A stretch of DNA of 64,000 nucleotides from Chlamydiales bacterium (lineage in GTDB: Bacteria > Chlamydiota > Chlamydiia > Chlamydiales > JAAZZY01), in contig CBDBKM010000002.1 of assembly GCA_965206695.1 (NCBI GenBank), forward strand, positions 178,938-242,937. The letters are read 5' to 3'. The position numbers and the translations under genes were made by a program. Positions 42,033 to 53,399 of this stretch are shown in pieces (the first letter of the stretch is position 1; every line of letters begins with the position of its first letter). The notes under the pieces were generated by a model. It searched no databases, was not told where the DNA came from, and saw nothing but the letters and a program-made list of their open reading frames with translations.

Positions 42033-43745
42033 TTATTTATTGACAGCAGATAACTTATTATTGATTTGAGTAATACAATTTTCAATCTTTTCTAAGTCAG
42101 ATTTTCCTTCCTGCATCAACCCATTATAAGTCAGTGATTTTTCAATATCCAAATTTGATCCACCCATTGCTTTACGATAAATTTGGACTTGTTCTTTTAT
42201 TATTTTTTTCTGTTGCCGGCAGAAAATTAGCATAGCTTTAAGGGATTCTTCAGATGAATCCTTTTGTAATAGATCAGAAGCTGTACTAGTCAAAATATTA
42301 ATTTTTATCTTCTTAAAATCATGTAACAAGCAAGCTTTTTCATTTTCGGGAAATTTTTCTTCGATAAGCTTAGTTAATAGCTGAATCTCTTCATCTATTT
42401 TTTCAAAATCCAAACTGTTAGAGTCATCCGATAATTTCTTTATTTTATCTCTGACCTCCTGAATTTTAAAATTTTGACGATTTTTTTTATCTTGAATAAG
42501 TCTGTTTTTCTCATTCTTCAATTCTTGTTCTTTTTTAAGAAGAGGTTCTTTCAACTGATTAAGCTCTTCTTTAAGCGAATTCACTTCCTTTTTCCCCAAC
42601 TCAATTGTTCTCATATATTGAGTTATCTCATTGAAGTGTTTTCTCATGTCATCGATAGCACTTTGATCAAAATCAGGTGCAACCTTTGCAATTTTTTCTT
42701 GAACCAGTTGCTGATTAGCTTTAAAAATACCTCGTTTTTTATCTCGTTCTTTTTTAAATTCCTTTTCCAAGACTTTGATCTTATTCCAACAATCACTTAA
42801 TTTTTCTCTTGTTAAGGAAAAAGACCGAGTATTCAAATTCAAAGTTTTAGCAAGACTTTGAAGACCTTTTATTTCTTCTCTCAAAGCATAATAAGGAAAA
42901 TCCGTTTTTTTATCGGAAAAGTGGGTATTAATAAACTCATCAATATCTTCAATAAATTGCTCGCTTATCTTACAGATTAAGTCTTTCCTCTTTGGAAAAA
43001 CTAAATCCCCAATTTTCGATAAGCGATCAAAAAACATATGTTTTTGATGATAACGCATATCCGTTTTTAAAATTTCTTTACGCAAGGTATTGACTCGAGA
43101 GATCCGGCAAGTTAATAGATTTAATTGCTGTTGCGTCTCATTATAAAAAGTAAACTTCTTCGTGAAAATTTTAGAAGTTATGGGAAAAGGAATATCTTCG
43201 ATATTCGCTAAAACCGGGTCACCTTTTTCTAATTCTTCTTTTAAGGCCTTAACAGCTATATCTATTTGCTCGACAGTAAAAGCTACTTGTTCTTCAAGCT
43301 CTTCTTTTAATCGTTTCGCTTCTTGAGATAATTCTTGATATTCGATCCACAAACTCGTTTTTTTAGGGAAGAAAGATGACTCTTTAAACAGATTCAAACA
43401 AACGGTTTTAGCATCCCAAAATTCTTTAAAACCACCCGGCGTCTTTTCTGCAAGCTTTTCTTTCATGAGTTGCAGAACATAGGTAATTTTATCAAACGAT
43501 TCTTTGAATTCTTCTAATTTTTCTTTAAGCGATTCAATCGTTTTAGATTCACTCCTTTTACCTAGATCAGATTTGTCCTTAGATAAAGTTATGTCTGAAA
43601 GAGACTTTGTATTTTTTTCTAAAATATCATCATGATCATTATTTTCTTTAGAAAGATCATCTCCTGATAAAGAAGGCTGCGAAGGATTAGCGTGTTTCCT
43701 CATACTCATATTGCAATAAGACCAAATAAACTCTATTAAAGACAC
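42033..43745 (-). CDS. Coiled-coil hypothetical protein (probably chlamydial conserved, downstream of miaA)
   Basis: Long helical ORF; FW..K..CL.LFKE and GD.VFPKRK motifs; start more likely 43709. Confidence 0.8.
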   Translation of the reverse strand: MSLIEFIWSYCNMSMRKHANPSQPSLSGDDLSKENNDHDDILEKNTKSLSDITLSKDKSDLGKRSESKTIESLKEKLEEFKESFDKITYVLQLMKEKLAEKTPGGFKEFWDAKTVCLNLFKESSFFPKKTSLWIEYQELSQEAKRLKEELEEQVAFTVEQIDIAVKALKEELEKGDPVLANIEDIPFPITSKIFTKKFTFYNETQQQLNLLTCRISRVNTLRKEILKTDMRYHQKHMFFDRLSKIGDLVFPKRKDLICKISEQFIEDIDEFINTHFSDKKTDFPYYALREEIKGLQSLAKTLNLNTRSFSLTREKLSDCWNKIKVLEKEFKKERDKKRGIFKANQQLVQEKIAKVAPDFDQSAIDDMRKHFNEITQYMRTIELGKKEVNSLKEELNQLKEPLLKKEQELKNEKNRLIQDKKNRQNFKIQEVRDKIKKLSDDSNSLDFEKIDEEIQLLTKLIEEKFPENEKACLLHDFKKIKINILTSTASDLLQKDSSEESLKAMLIFCRQQKKIIKEQVQIYRKAMGGSNLDIEKSLTYNGLMQEGKSDLEKIENCITQINNKLSAVNK

Positions 43746-43866
43746 CCCTCTGCCAAGATCTTAGCTCTACTATTCAGAATCTAAAACTAAAAAAACATCG
43801 ATTGACAGAAATTATTACCGGTGATGTTAAAATAAAAAGCAAATTTCAGTAAAGGAGAATTTCAGT

Positions 43867-44907
43867 TTAAATGGGTTCATCACGAAGATAATCCTGAGCG
43901 ATGATATCAACAGCAATCTCTTTATCATGAATCTCAAGATCTAACCACCTGAAAATAGACTTTCGGCGAAACCAGGTAAACTGTCTCTTAGCATAACGTC
44001 TAGATTGTTTTTTAAATTCTGAGATACAATTGCTATAATCTTCTTCAGATCTCTCTGTTTTTAAGAAATTAAGGCACTGCCTATAACCAATTGCATTAGA
44101 AGCTGATGTATTTTCTCCTAGGCCTTTTTCCTCTAAATCAATAACCTCTTCCATGAATCCTTCTTTTAACATCGACTCACAGCGGTCGTTAATACGAGTA
44201 TAAATTGAATCTCTTGATCTATATACAAACCAACAACGAAAATCATAATCAATTGGCAACGAAGAGGATTGCCAAGGTAATTGACTAACCTTATCCCCGG
44301 TTAAAGTGATGATTTCTAAAGCTCTGATAATTTTTGAGCGATCATGTCTAGTGATTGTTTCCGCATACTCGGGATCTCTTTCTCTTAATTCCTCATACAT
44401 CCTGTCAGGACCTCTTTTCTCCATCTCCTCTTCTAATCTTTTCCTAACCTCGGGAACTGATGAGGGACCGGGAGGGGGACCATATAGAAAAACATGAAGA
44501 TAAAACCCACTTCCACCTACTAATATGGGAGTACGATCTCGGGCGCAAATACCTTCACAACAAAGGCGAGCTTCATGATAAAAATCAACGACATTAAAAT
44601 TTTCTGAAATATCACGAATATCTATCAAATGATGAGGAACTTTGGCTCGTTCTTGTAAAGTCACTTTAGCTGTACCAATATCCATTCCTCTATAGACTTG
44701 AAGGGAATCGGCTGAAATGATTTCACCACCCAAAACACTCGCCAGCATTAAAGAAAGATCGGTCTTACCTGCTCCTGTTGGACCGGCAATCACAATCACT
44801 CGTTTCTTATAGACTTCCGGATAAATGGCAATTTTTTGCTCTTGTGGAGTATAAATGCCCGCAAGAATTTTTTTTAGCTGTTCTTCTTCAAAACTTGTTG
44901 TTACCAC
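43867..44907 (-). CDS. miaA: tRNA dimethylallyltransferase
   Basis: GPTGAGKT, DSLQVYRGMDIGTAK, GGSGFY, YAKRQ.TWF. Confidence 0.97.
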   Translation of the reverse strand: MVTTSFEEEQLKKILAGIYTPQEQKIAIYPEVYKKRVIVIAGPTGAGKTDLSLMLASVLGGEIISADSLQVYRGMDIGTAKVTLQERAKVPHHLIDIRDISENFNVVDFYHEARLCCEGICARDRTPILVGGSGFYLHVFLYGPPPGPSSVPEVRKRLEEEMEKRGPDRMYEELRERDPEYAETITRHDRSKIIRALEIITLTGDKVSQLPWQSSSLPIDYDFRCWFVYRSRDSIYTRINDRCESMLKEGFMEEVIDLEEKGLGENTSASNAIGYRQCLNFLKTERSEEDYSNCISEFKKQSRRYAKRQFTWFRRKSIFRWLDLEIHDKEIAVDIIAQDYLRDEPI

Positions 44908-45005
44908 ACTTCAACTTCAATTACTATCGATTTAATCAAAAACCCATTCCAAAACTTTATCTATGCTAACATATTTTCATTCCGGCAACAAGTTATAAGT
45001 AGCAA

Positions 45006-46310
45006 TCATAACGTTTGATCACCGGTCATCTTACAATGAGTTTCTTTAATAAACGGCAGAAACATCAGAGCGATAACAAAAGCTGCAGGTAATGCAATTA
45101 AAGCAATAAAATAATCAGAAACAGCAAAGACAGGGGCTCCTGTCATCATATTACCCTTCCAATAAACGTCTAATATTGCCCCAATAACAGGTTGTGCTAT
45201 TGCTCCTCCAAGCATATTTAACATATTAATAAAACTAATAGCTGTTGCTGCATAAGCATGTGGTGTAACCTCCCTTACCACAGTAAAAGCGACAAGAAAA
45301 CCGCTTGAAAAAAAACCGAAGAAAAAAAGTAATATGCCATCGACAATAATAGGAAACTGTTCAACATAAATAATAAGTAACAGGCATATTAAGGCTCCTC
45401 CACATCCAATGTACATAGGGGGTTTTCTTTTTTGAATGTGGTTAGAATACAATCCGAAAAGTGGAGCACCAACAGCCCATCCAATAAAAATAAATGAAAC
45501 TAATAGAGCTGCTATCGGGCGTGAGGTTTTATGTGATCCCATAATAAAAGGCACTCCCCACAAAGCACCGAATGCTGTTGTAGGTGCATACATCAATCCA
45601 CCATATATGGAAACTAACCAAACTTGCTTATTACGTAAAATCACTCGAAGACCCGAAAAAAAATGCTTTTCTTTCAAATGCTTCGCTTGCAATTTTATAT
45701 AATGACTTGAAGGATGATCTCTTAATATAGAAAAGATAGCTATCAAAAGGATTAGCCCTATTCCTGATAGCAAAAACATGGTATTTCGCCAATCTATAGC
45801 CTCAACAATTAATGCTAACGGGCCTTCGCCGATAACAGCTCCTGTCATCCCTAAAGTAATCATAAATCCTGTCATCAAAGCAAAATAACGAGGAGGGAAC
45901 CAATTTGCCGTCACTTTAAGACAAGATACAACCGCAAAGGCAGATCCTATACCAATAATAGCACGACCTATTTTAGCCTGAAAAAGGCTCTCCGCACTTC
46001 CAAAACAAAAACACCCCACGACACAAAAAATAATGGCAAAGCTTAACAAATATCTAGGCCCAAATCGATCGATTAAAACTCCGGCAGGAATTTGCATTAG
46101 GGCATACGTATAAAAATAGAATGCTGCTAAATTACCCAGTGCCAGAGCATTAACTTTAAAGTCTCGTAATAAGTTGGGAACCATAACTCCGGGAGAGACT
46201 TGAAGCCAAAATTCATAAAAATAGAAAAGGGCCGCCAGCCCCCAAACTATCCAGCCTTTCGTAGATACCTTATCTATAATTCCAATTGAAGATCTATCGT
46301 CTGTTTTCAT
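45006..46310 (-). CDS. MFS transporter, Pht-like
   Basis: ALFYFYEF.LQVSP, Y.LMQIPAG.L.DRFGPR, LWG.PF. Confidence 0.88.
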   Translation of the reverse strand: MKTDDRSSIGIIDKVSTKGWIVWGLAALFYFYEFWLQVSPGVMVPNLLRDFKVNALALGNLAAFYFYTYALMQIPAGVLIDRFGPRYLLSFAIIFCVVGCFCFGSAESLFQAKIGRAIIGIGSAFAVVSCLKVTANWFPPRYFALMTGFMITLGMTGAVIGEGPLALIVEAIDWRNTMFLLSGIGLILLIAIFSILRDHPSSHYIKLQAKHLKEKHFFSGLRVILRNKQVWLVSIYGGLMYAPTTAFGALWGVPFIMGSHKTSRPIAALLVSFIFIGWAVGAPLFGLYSNHIQKRKPPMYIGCGGALICLLLIIYVEQFPIIVDGILLFFFGFFSSGFLVAFTVVREVTPHAYAATAISFINMLNMLGGAIAQPVIGAILDVYWKGNMMTGAPVFAVSDYFIALIALPAAFVIALMFLPFIKETHCKMTGDQTL

Positions 46311-46483
46311 TTTTATACCAAATGCTATGGTCTTAAAATCAAATAAAGTATTGAATATATTAATACAAGCTCAAGAAAAGACTCACTTTTTCACTGTTAG
46401 ATTTTTGATGGTCTTTTTCGTTTTGATACTTTAAACTAAACCAAACGCATGGAATCTTGAAAGAGGGTTTAAGTAAATAGATC

Positions 46484-48868
46484 ATGATAACCATCAATAA
46501 AAAATTACGAATTTTTTGCCTTATTTGTTTTCTTATCGGAGCTTTTGTTGCCGGTTGTATTTTACAGCTCAACTGGCTTTCCAGACATCCATATTGGGCA
46601 TTTTTCCATATCAGAACAATTTTAGGTTTAAGAATTGCCTTTTCCGGTTTTGTTTTAACCCTTTTACTATTTTTAATTCGTAGTACCTTTAACTATTTAT
46701 TAAAAAGCTCAGATGCAAATTCCCAAAAGCGTTTTCTTATTTTCGATGCTATCACATATTTAGCACTTCCTTGCTTATTACTACTCCGAATGTTTATTCC
46801 CGGCAGAATGGAAGGGAACAATTATTATCTAAAAGTAGCCGTAATCTGGCTTGCAATCAAGCCTATTGCTGTGATCGTTCTTACAAAACCATCTTCTTTA
46901 AAATTAATTCTAAAACTGTTCTTTAGTACTCCATCGCTCTTTAAATATGTTAAATCTTACTTTTTTAAAAAAGTAAAATTAAATACTTTATTTTTTATTT
47001 TTTTATTCATTTATCTTCTCTCTATCGGACTGCTTTTTCAACAGCTCCTTTCAATAGGAACTAATCAACAATCCTTTTTTATAGTTTCTACTCTAACCTA
47101 TACGTTATTTGCTTTTTTTTGCTTTTTAGTCTTGAATACATTGATCCAACACCATGCCCCCGGAAAAATCCTTTATGGATTCATAGGTATTTCCTGCCTC
47201 TTATTTTTTGGTTACTGGTTTGATTACATGGCTTTTCGTTTGGTAAACATGCATTTATCCGGTTGTATTAGCATTCTATTCGGAGAAGGTTTTGCCGGTA
47301 TCACTAAAGTTATTGAAGGAGCTGATGTCTCCCTAACTTTTGCTTGGTCATCCGCTATTCTATTTCTTATCTTACCTTTGTCGGGTATTTTTCTTTATCA
47401 TTTGAGTGATAAAATCAGCAGCAAAAAACCCTTCTATATTCGACTATATCACCCTATGATGGGATCCCTTTGTTGCTTAGGCCTGGTTTTTATCAGCGAT
47501 TGGTATCTACACTCGGCGCTACCAACAACTTCCATTCGTAAATTTGAACAGACAGCTCCTTTAAATGGTTTATTTTTCAAAAGTAGAGGAGACATTTTAA
47601 GTTTCGATCATTTTCTATCTCCTCCAAATAACGAAGAGAAAACTCTTGCTTTCCTTGAAACAGTAGAAATCACAGCGAGAAAAAAACCTCACATCTTTAT
47701 TTTTGTCATTGAATCATTAAGAGAAGGGTTTGTCACTGATGAAACAGCTCCTTGTCTTTTTGATTTTAAAAATACGAGCCTCTCTTTTGATTTAGCGCTA
47801 TCTAATTCAAACATAACCTATAACTCTCACTTTACTCTTTTTAATTCTATCTTTCCTTACCATTGGTACAGCTTACGAAATAATAACCTTTTAGTAGGAA
47901 GCATTCCCTTAAATATATTGAAAAAAGTTGGTTACGATATCAATGTATTTGTCTCTTCTTATATTGATTATTATGGAATGGGCGAGGTGATTTTCGGAAA
48001 AGACTATTCCCTTCTTACCACAAAATTTGAAGCTAGAGAACGGACGACAGATATTGCGGAACGCGACCGACTTATTATTGAAAAACTTAAAGATCAAATA
48101 GCAAATATTGAAAAGGATTCTTCAAGTATCAATCTTATTTTTCTGGATTCTACTCATCATAATTATTATTGGCCTGAATCTTTTACTCCAAAATTTATTC
48201 CTTATGGAGGTAATTTTAATTATTTGGGTTCGGCAGCTAAACAATTAGAAATGACAAAAAATAGATACCGGAATTCTATTCTTTATGTTGACGGTCTTTT
48301 TAAACAAGTTTGCGAAGCAATGCAGGAGAAAGGTATTTATGATGATTCCATCATTATTGTTACAGGAGATCATGGAGAAGAGTTTTTAGAACAGGGTCAT
48401 TACTTTCATGGTAATGCATTATGCTTACCACAATCTCATGTCGTTTTATATTATAAATTCCCCGGTAACTTTGTCGTGCCTAAAACTCTGGATACACATT
48501 TAACTTCACATATCGATGTTTTTCCTACTCTACTAGACTATCTGAGAGTACACCCTTATCCCAAGGGATTAGTTGATGGAGAATCTCTCTTTAAAAAAGA
48601 ATGGCCTTATGTCATTTCTGTTAAACCCGGTGGAGGGAAAAACCCGTACCATTTTTATTTACATAATGGGAAATATAAAGTTGAAGCACGCTTCAATAAT
48701 ATCCAAGATATCTATGTTTCCGATGCCATTGAAATTCTAGGGGTCACAGATGATAAAGACAACCCTATCCTCTTAGGCAATACTGTTGAAGAACTCAAAA
48801 GCAACATCATATCAGAGTTTGGGGATGCGTTAAATAGAATGTTTGATGCCTCGGCACCAAAATCCTAA
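46484..48868 (+). CDS. Membrane-anchored sulfatase-like hydrolase/transferase (YejM/LtaS-like)
   Basis: Multiple N-terminal TMs; IESLR, STHH.Y, TGDHGEEF, TSH.D..PT. Confidence 0.85.
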   Translation: MITINKKLRIFCLICFLIGAFVAGCILQLNWLSRHPYWAFFHIRTILGLRIAFSGFVLTLLLFLIRSTFNYLLKSSDANSQKRFLIFDAITYLALPCLLLLRMFIPGRMEGNNYYLKVAVIWLAIKPIAVIVLTKPSSLKLILKLFFSTPSLFKYVKSYFFKKVKLNTLFFIFLFIYLLSIGLLFQQLLSIGTNQQSFFIVSTLTYTLFAFFCFLVLNTLIQHHAPGKILYGFIGISCLLFFGYWFDYMAFRLVNMHLSGCISILFGEGFAGITKVIEGADVSLTFAWSSAILFLILPLSGIFLYHLSDKISSKKPFYIRLYHPMMGSLCCLGLVFISDWYLHSALPTTSIRKFEQTAPLNGLFFKSRGDILSFDHFLSPPNNEEKTLAFLETVEITARKKPHIFIFVIESLREGFVTDETAPCLFDFKNTSLSFDLALSNSNITYNSHFTLFNSIFPYHWYSLRNNNLLVGSIPLNILKKVGYDINVFVSSYIDYYGMGEVIFGKDYSLLTTKFEARERTTDIAERDRLIIEKLKDQIANIEKDSSSINLIFLDSTHHNYYWPESFTPKFIPYGGNFNYLGSAAKQLEMTKNRYRNSILYVDGLFKQVCEAMQEKGIYDDSIIIVTGDHGEEFLEQGHYFHGNALCLPQSHVVLYYKFPGNFVVPKTLDTHLTSHIDVFPTLLDYLRVHPYPKGLVDGESLFKKEWPYVISVKPGGGKNPYHFYLHNGKYKVEARFNNIQDIYVSDAIEILGVTDDKDNPILLGNTVEELKSNIISEFGDALNRMFDASAPKS

Positions 48869-49098
48869 CCCTCGATTAACTCAACCCGGGCTTGACGTCC
48901 CAGCCTTGCACAGGCTGACGTCACTAAAGTACGGATGGATTGTATGGTTTGGCCTCTACGACCAATAACTTTACCTACATCGCCTTGATCAACGCGAATT
49001 TCAATAAGCAAACCACGCTCACCTTCCAAACAAGTGATCCGTACAGCATTCGGATCACCAACTAAATTCTTTATGATATATTCAACAAAATCTTCCAT
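48865..49098 (-). CDS. KH-domain RNA-binding protein (KhpA-like)
   Basis: D.GKVIGRRG.TI..IRT. Confidence 0.9.
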   Translation of the reverse strand: MEDFVEYIIKNLVGDPNAVRITCLEGERGLLIEIRVDQGDVGKVIGRRGQTIQSIRTLVTSACARLGRQARVELIEG

Positions 49099-49219
49099 AG
49101 CAATGTCTGGTTTAAATGTTATAGATAATAATTATAGCTAATCCAAAAAATAATTAGATGTTTAAAATCTTGTCACAGCTTTGGGTTTTGCTTCAATCTT
49201 TATATTGAAAATTTAACAT

Positions 49220-50987
49220 CCGACATTCCTAGACCTCTAAACAAGTTTTTCTAATTAAGCCATACATCCTCATTGCAGTCTTTCCAAACAAAACAATAAT
49301 CTTTTTCCGAAGACGGGTTAAATTTGTGATCATTTCTTTACAAATTCTCCGGGAAGTCTTCTGAAAAAAACGGATTATTCCGATACCTTCCATAATTTGG
49401 AAAATCCATCTTAATGTTGGATTTTTGACTTCCTTTCCTAATTGGTTGGGTAATGTCTCTTCTGTTTCTATCAATTTTTGTCGAAGTTGATATTGTCCGA
49501 TATTATAAACCATTAAACACAATGTCATAACCATCATTAATGCTTCAATGCGTCGAGGGGTTTTTAAAAAAATAGAATCAACCATAAACCAAGGATCTTT
49601 TAAAAAGCGAAACCCTCCTTCAACCTTTTGCTGTTCTTTATATTCTTCTAACATCATCTCATCTTTATAATTTTCTCTATCGGTGTCATTCGCAGCTAAA
49701 ATAAACCGTCCTTTTCTATTCATCAGTTTATTAATTTCTTCTTCTTCCCTTTCAAAGCTAGCATGAATCTTGTATCCAACAACTTGTTTTTCCTCTCCTT
49801 GTTTAGGTTTGCCTAATTTACCATATTTTAGAATCGGCAATATCTCACTATTCATGGAATATAAATGATTTTTTTTAGTCAATCTGCCCCAAGCTTTTTT
49901 AGCATCACTTTCGCATTTAAATTCCTCATTACCCAAATGCCAAAGTTGTTTCTTGAGCTTTTCTTCTGCCTTGGTCAATTTTTTTTCTAATGATTTTATC
50001 TCTCTCTGATAGGCTTGCTCTGAAAAAACCAAAAGCCATCTTTGTTTAATCCCTCCATAAAAAGAGGTGAAGCTGCATGTTTTATATCCTTTCTCCTGAT
50101 CAATCCAATCAATTTCTTCTTCCGGTTTTTCTACTAATCTTTTTGCTTCTCCTATTATCTCGGGAACTCGGGTGAGCCATTTATAATCATTATTTTTTAA
50201 GAGCTTTTCTTTTGTGTATAACGCTGAATCGGCAACCCACTTAAACTTTGTTTTTACATCAATCTGTTGTTGAAATTCACTGATTTTTTTGATCGTCTCA
50301 TGAAAACTTGCTTTATCAGAACTATTGCCGTCTAAGGCTTCCATCCATAGAGGCATAGAACTCGGACCATTGGTAACGAGAGAAAGTACAACTTGTTTCA
50401 AATCAGGTCTATGATCTTTAGAATAACCCTGCTTAATCTCAATCACTTGCGGATCATCTTTCACTTCATACGACCCATGAACGGAAAAGCTTGTTGTATC
50501 TAGATGATGCGTTTTTTGTAGTAAATCATGGTCTAGGGCTATTCCAAAAGAAACTTCAGCAAATAATTTACTGCTCCCATATTTCGCAATATCATCCAAA
50601 GCATGACCTAAAGTATAATCTGTGAGATCTTCTGCTCGAAGATTGTTGCCAAGTAAATTCTCTATCGATTTAGAAGCAAAAAATTGATGTGTTAGGTAGA
50701 GACGTCTATTAGTAAACCCTAATCCATTCAGAATCATTGCAATTACTGCCTGTCCCGCACTTACTTTTCTTTGTGGATGATTTTTTAATCCGGTATCAAT
50801 CCTTTCCGCTACCTTTAGATCGCTGCAAAGTGCTGCAATTAATCCATGGTGATCCATGTTCACTGTTTGAATATTATCTCCTGCAACTTCCGGCATAACT
50901 TTTCTCCTTGTATCAAATAAAAAGTAACAGGATAGGCAATCTATAATTCTAATTCAAAAAAAATATCTTACGGTCTAGGAATGTCGG
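49220..50987 (-). mobile_element. IS1634-family element copy 1 (transposase 49229-50896)
   Basis: Perfect IR CCGACATTCCTAGACC; 6-bp TSD TAACAT; HLDTTS, GYSKDHRPDLKQ, ADSALY, VE.GFRFLK. Confidence 0.95.
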
Positions 50988-51252
50988 TAACATGCTCTTT
51001 TCTACCCGGCCCAAATATTCGGTATTTCCTTTTTCAATGGTACCCTATGAAACTTCCGGAACCTCATAACTACAGGGTGCCATAATATTTTCTTTTACTT
51101 CGTCAAAAAGGGAGTGATATGTTTAAAAAAATACGAGAACTTCTTCAGATTCTTCCCATTTGCCTTTCCATAAATATAAACAAATACTTGGCAATTTGCT
51201 TAGCTTCCTCAATACTTTCAGAGGTCCAAAAAATTTTAATAATTTTATTCAT
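50988..51252 (-). pseudogene. cutA: Divalent-cation tolerance protein CutA pseudogene
   Basis: EEAKQIAK, WKGK.EESEE, SYEVPEV, GN.EYLG(R)V with frameshifts/stop; 3' end hit by IS1634. Confidence 0.8.
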
Positions 51253-51258
51253 TAATAA

Positions 51259-51433
51259 CTCACCTTACGCAAAGGTGATGTAAAGAAAGTTTTTTCTCTA
51301 ATTATGAGGAAAAAATATGTCAAAACAGCTCCCGGATATATATACAGATTACCTTATCAGCCAAAACCAATATGCTACGGCTACCGGACTTTCAGCTTTA
51401 TTAGATGGTGAGATCAGCCATGATAAAATTACT
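51259..51433 (+). mobile_element. Truncated IS701 left end (175 bp)
   Basis: Near-identical to 15145-15319. Confidence 0.9.
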
Positions 51434-51533
51434 TATCATAGCAACACGATAGTGTATTAGTGACTATCCAACAATGTGAAATAATTTGTGTATGTTTATC
51501 TATTTTCTAAGGGGATGTCTTGAATAGTCATAA

Positions 51534-52241
51534 CTACAGCTTCAAAATACCTAAAGTTTTCTTTAGTTTTTTGATCTGTTGATTAGAGAGGCTGTCTTTT
51601 TGCTTTTGAAGACGACTACAAACCGATTCTAAAAGTTTAATATCTTTAGTTAAAGAGTCTTTTTTACGCCTATCTTGATCATTCAAAGGGAAGTTATTTT
51701 TTATTATAGACACAAGATTCTTTTGCTTCTCACCGCTATACTTCTTGAGAATCGCTTCTTTAACAACAGATTCGCCGGACCTAGAAGCAAGTAAATAAGA
51801 CGCACTCCTCGGCATTTCTTCCAAAGACCTTTTAAGAGACGGTTTTAAGGATTGGTGGAATAAAAAGTAATTTAGAAAGCAATAAGGCCTAGCTCGTGTT
51901 CCATAGATAAGCATCATCCATTTAGTGAAACAACCGTCCTTGTAATCCTTTAGCAGATCTCTAGCTTTCTTGATGCGCTCTCCGTGAAGCAAAATAGATT
52001 GAGCGTCTATTGTTTTAATCTCTTGGCTAATACCGCTCAATTCATCTAGGTCAGAGTTCGCTTCCCTTTTAGAATCGGGTTTTTTATACGTCTCAATCAA
52101 AGATTTTAAGCCGGTTCTCTCTTTTGAAGATAGGGTGGCTTCTAAAGGTATTCCGATAACGGCAGGAGCTGAATTCACATGAGATTTAGAAACTACAGTT
52201 TGAGACATGAATTTCATTGCGTTTTCTTTTGCTTTACTCAT
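51534..52241 (-). CDS. Chlamydial pGP6-D/CT583-family protein
   Basis: Q...LHGERI.K...LLK.Y..G.FT.W....YG, MP..A.Y.LASR.G; overlaps parA-like gene. Confidence 0.85.
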   Translation of the reverse strand: MSKAKENAMKFMSQTVVSKSHVNSAPAVIGIPLEATLSSKERTGLKSLIETYKKPDSKREANSDLDELSGISQEIKTIDAQSILLHGERIKKARDLLKDYKDGCFTKWMMLIYGTRARPYCFLNYFLFHQSLKPSLKRSLEEMPRSASYLLASRSGESVVKEAILKKYSGEKQKNLVSIIKNNFPLNDQDRRKKDSLTKDIKLLESVCSRLQKQKDSLSNQQIKKLKKTLGILKL

Positions 52242-53009
52242 GCGGACACCTCAAGCTCAATTTTAGATACAAACTCTTCTGCTAAAGATTTGTAATCTTC
52301 TGCAACACGTGATTGAGGGTGCGTCTTAAAGACGGGCACACCCTCTAGAATGGCTCGATTAACGGCAATATCTTTTTGTATCCTAGACTGTAGCATCTTG
52401 TTTGGGAATATTCTTTCAATGCCTCCTATAAAAGATTCATTAGTAGCAATCCTTTTATCCCAAAAGGATAACAACACACCTAATACTTCAATAGAATGCC
52501 TTTTACAAACATCTTCATGGTAATTTTTCAAGCGCCCCAAAGCCATCATAGAGTAAGGCTCCGGAACGGCACAAACCAGCGAATAATCCGAGGAATAAAA
52601 AGCTGATCTTGTTAGCCATCCAAAAGACGGCGGAATGTCTAATAAACAGTAATCGTAATTAAGCTCGACAAGAACAGCACGTAATCGCTCGTGGTTATAG
52701 GGATCTCGAGATAAATCACCTGTAGCTTCGATACCGTCCAGCATAACATTAGCCTTAATCAGATCGAGATTATTTATAGAGGTATTTGTAATAACATCGG
52801 CTATACCTGTTTCGCCTTGTAAAACGGAAGCAAGCGTCTCTTTCAGAATCAAAGCTGAAACCAAGACCCGTCGTCAGGTTGGCCTGAGCGTCAAAATCAA
52901 CAAGCAAAACACGCTTATTATGAAATAAAGATAACGCAGATCCCAAGTGCAAACAAGCAGAGGTTCTACCTGTTCCACCTTTGAATCCACACAAAACAAC
53001 TGTTTTCAT
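52238..53009 (-). pseudogene. ParA/Pgp5-like partition ATPase, frameshifted near 52840-52850
   Basis: FKGGTG(R)TS, VLLVDFDAQANLT.GLG, D.PPS; Walker A Lys appears as Arg. Confidence 0.85.
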
Positions 53010-53399
53010 ATTTTCCTTTCAGCTTCCCGATATATTAGACATTTATTTGAGATGTTTAAAGTTTAAACATCCGGACTTATATTGTTGTTTCATCAAATCT
53101 TCAAAAAAGTACAGACATAAATTAATCTAAACTACCTGTAACATACACTCAGTTATTGTAATACCAAATTAATTCATCAGACTTGTGTAGGCATTATCTG
53201 AAAACTATACTGGATCAGAATAGATTGCATGCCAATTTTCACGATATTATGATGGCTCCTAGATCGATTGAAATCTCTTTATCAGATAAAAAGTAAGATC
53301 CGTGAAAAACCCGTGAAAGATATGTAATTAAATTGCTTAGAATTCGATATGTTGTTTTAAACAAGGGCGCGATGCAATCCTCTTTCTTTAGCCGGGAGG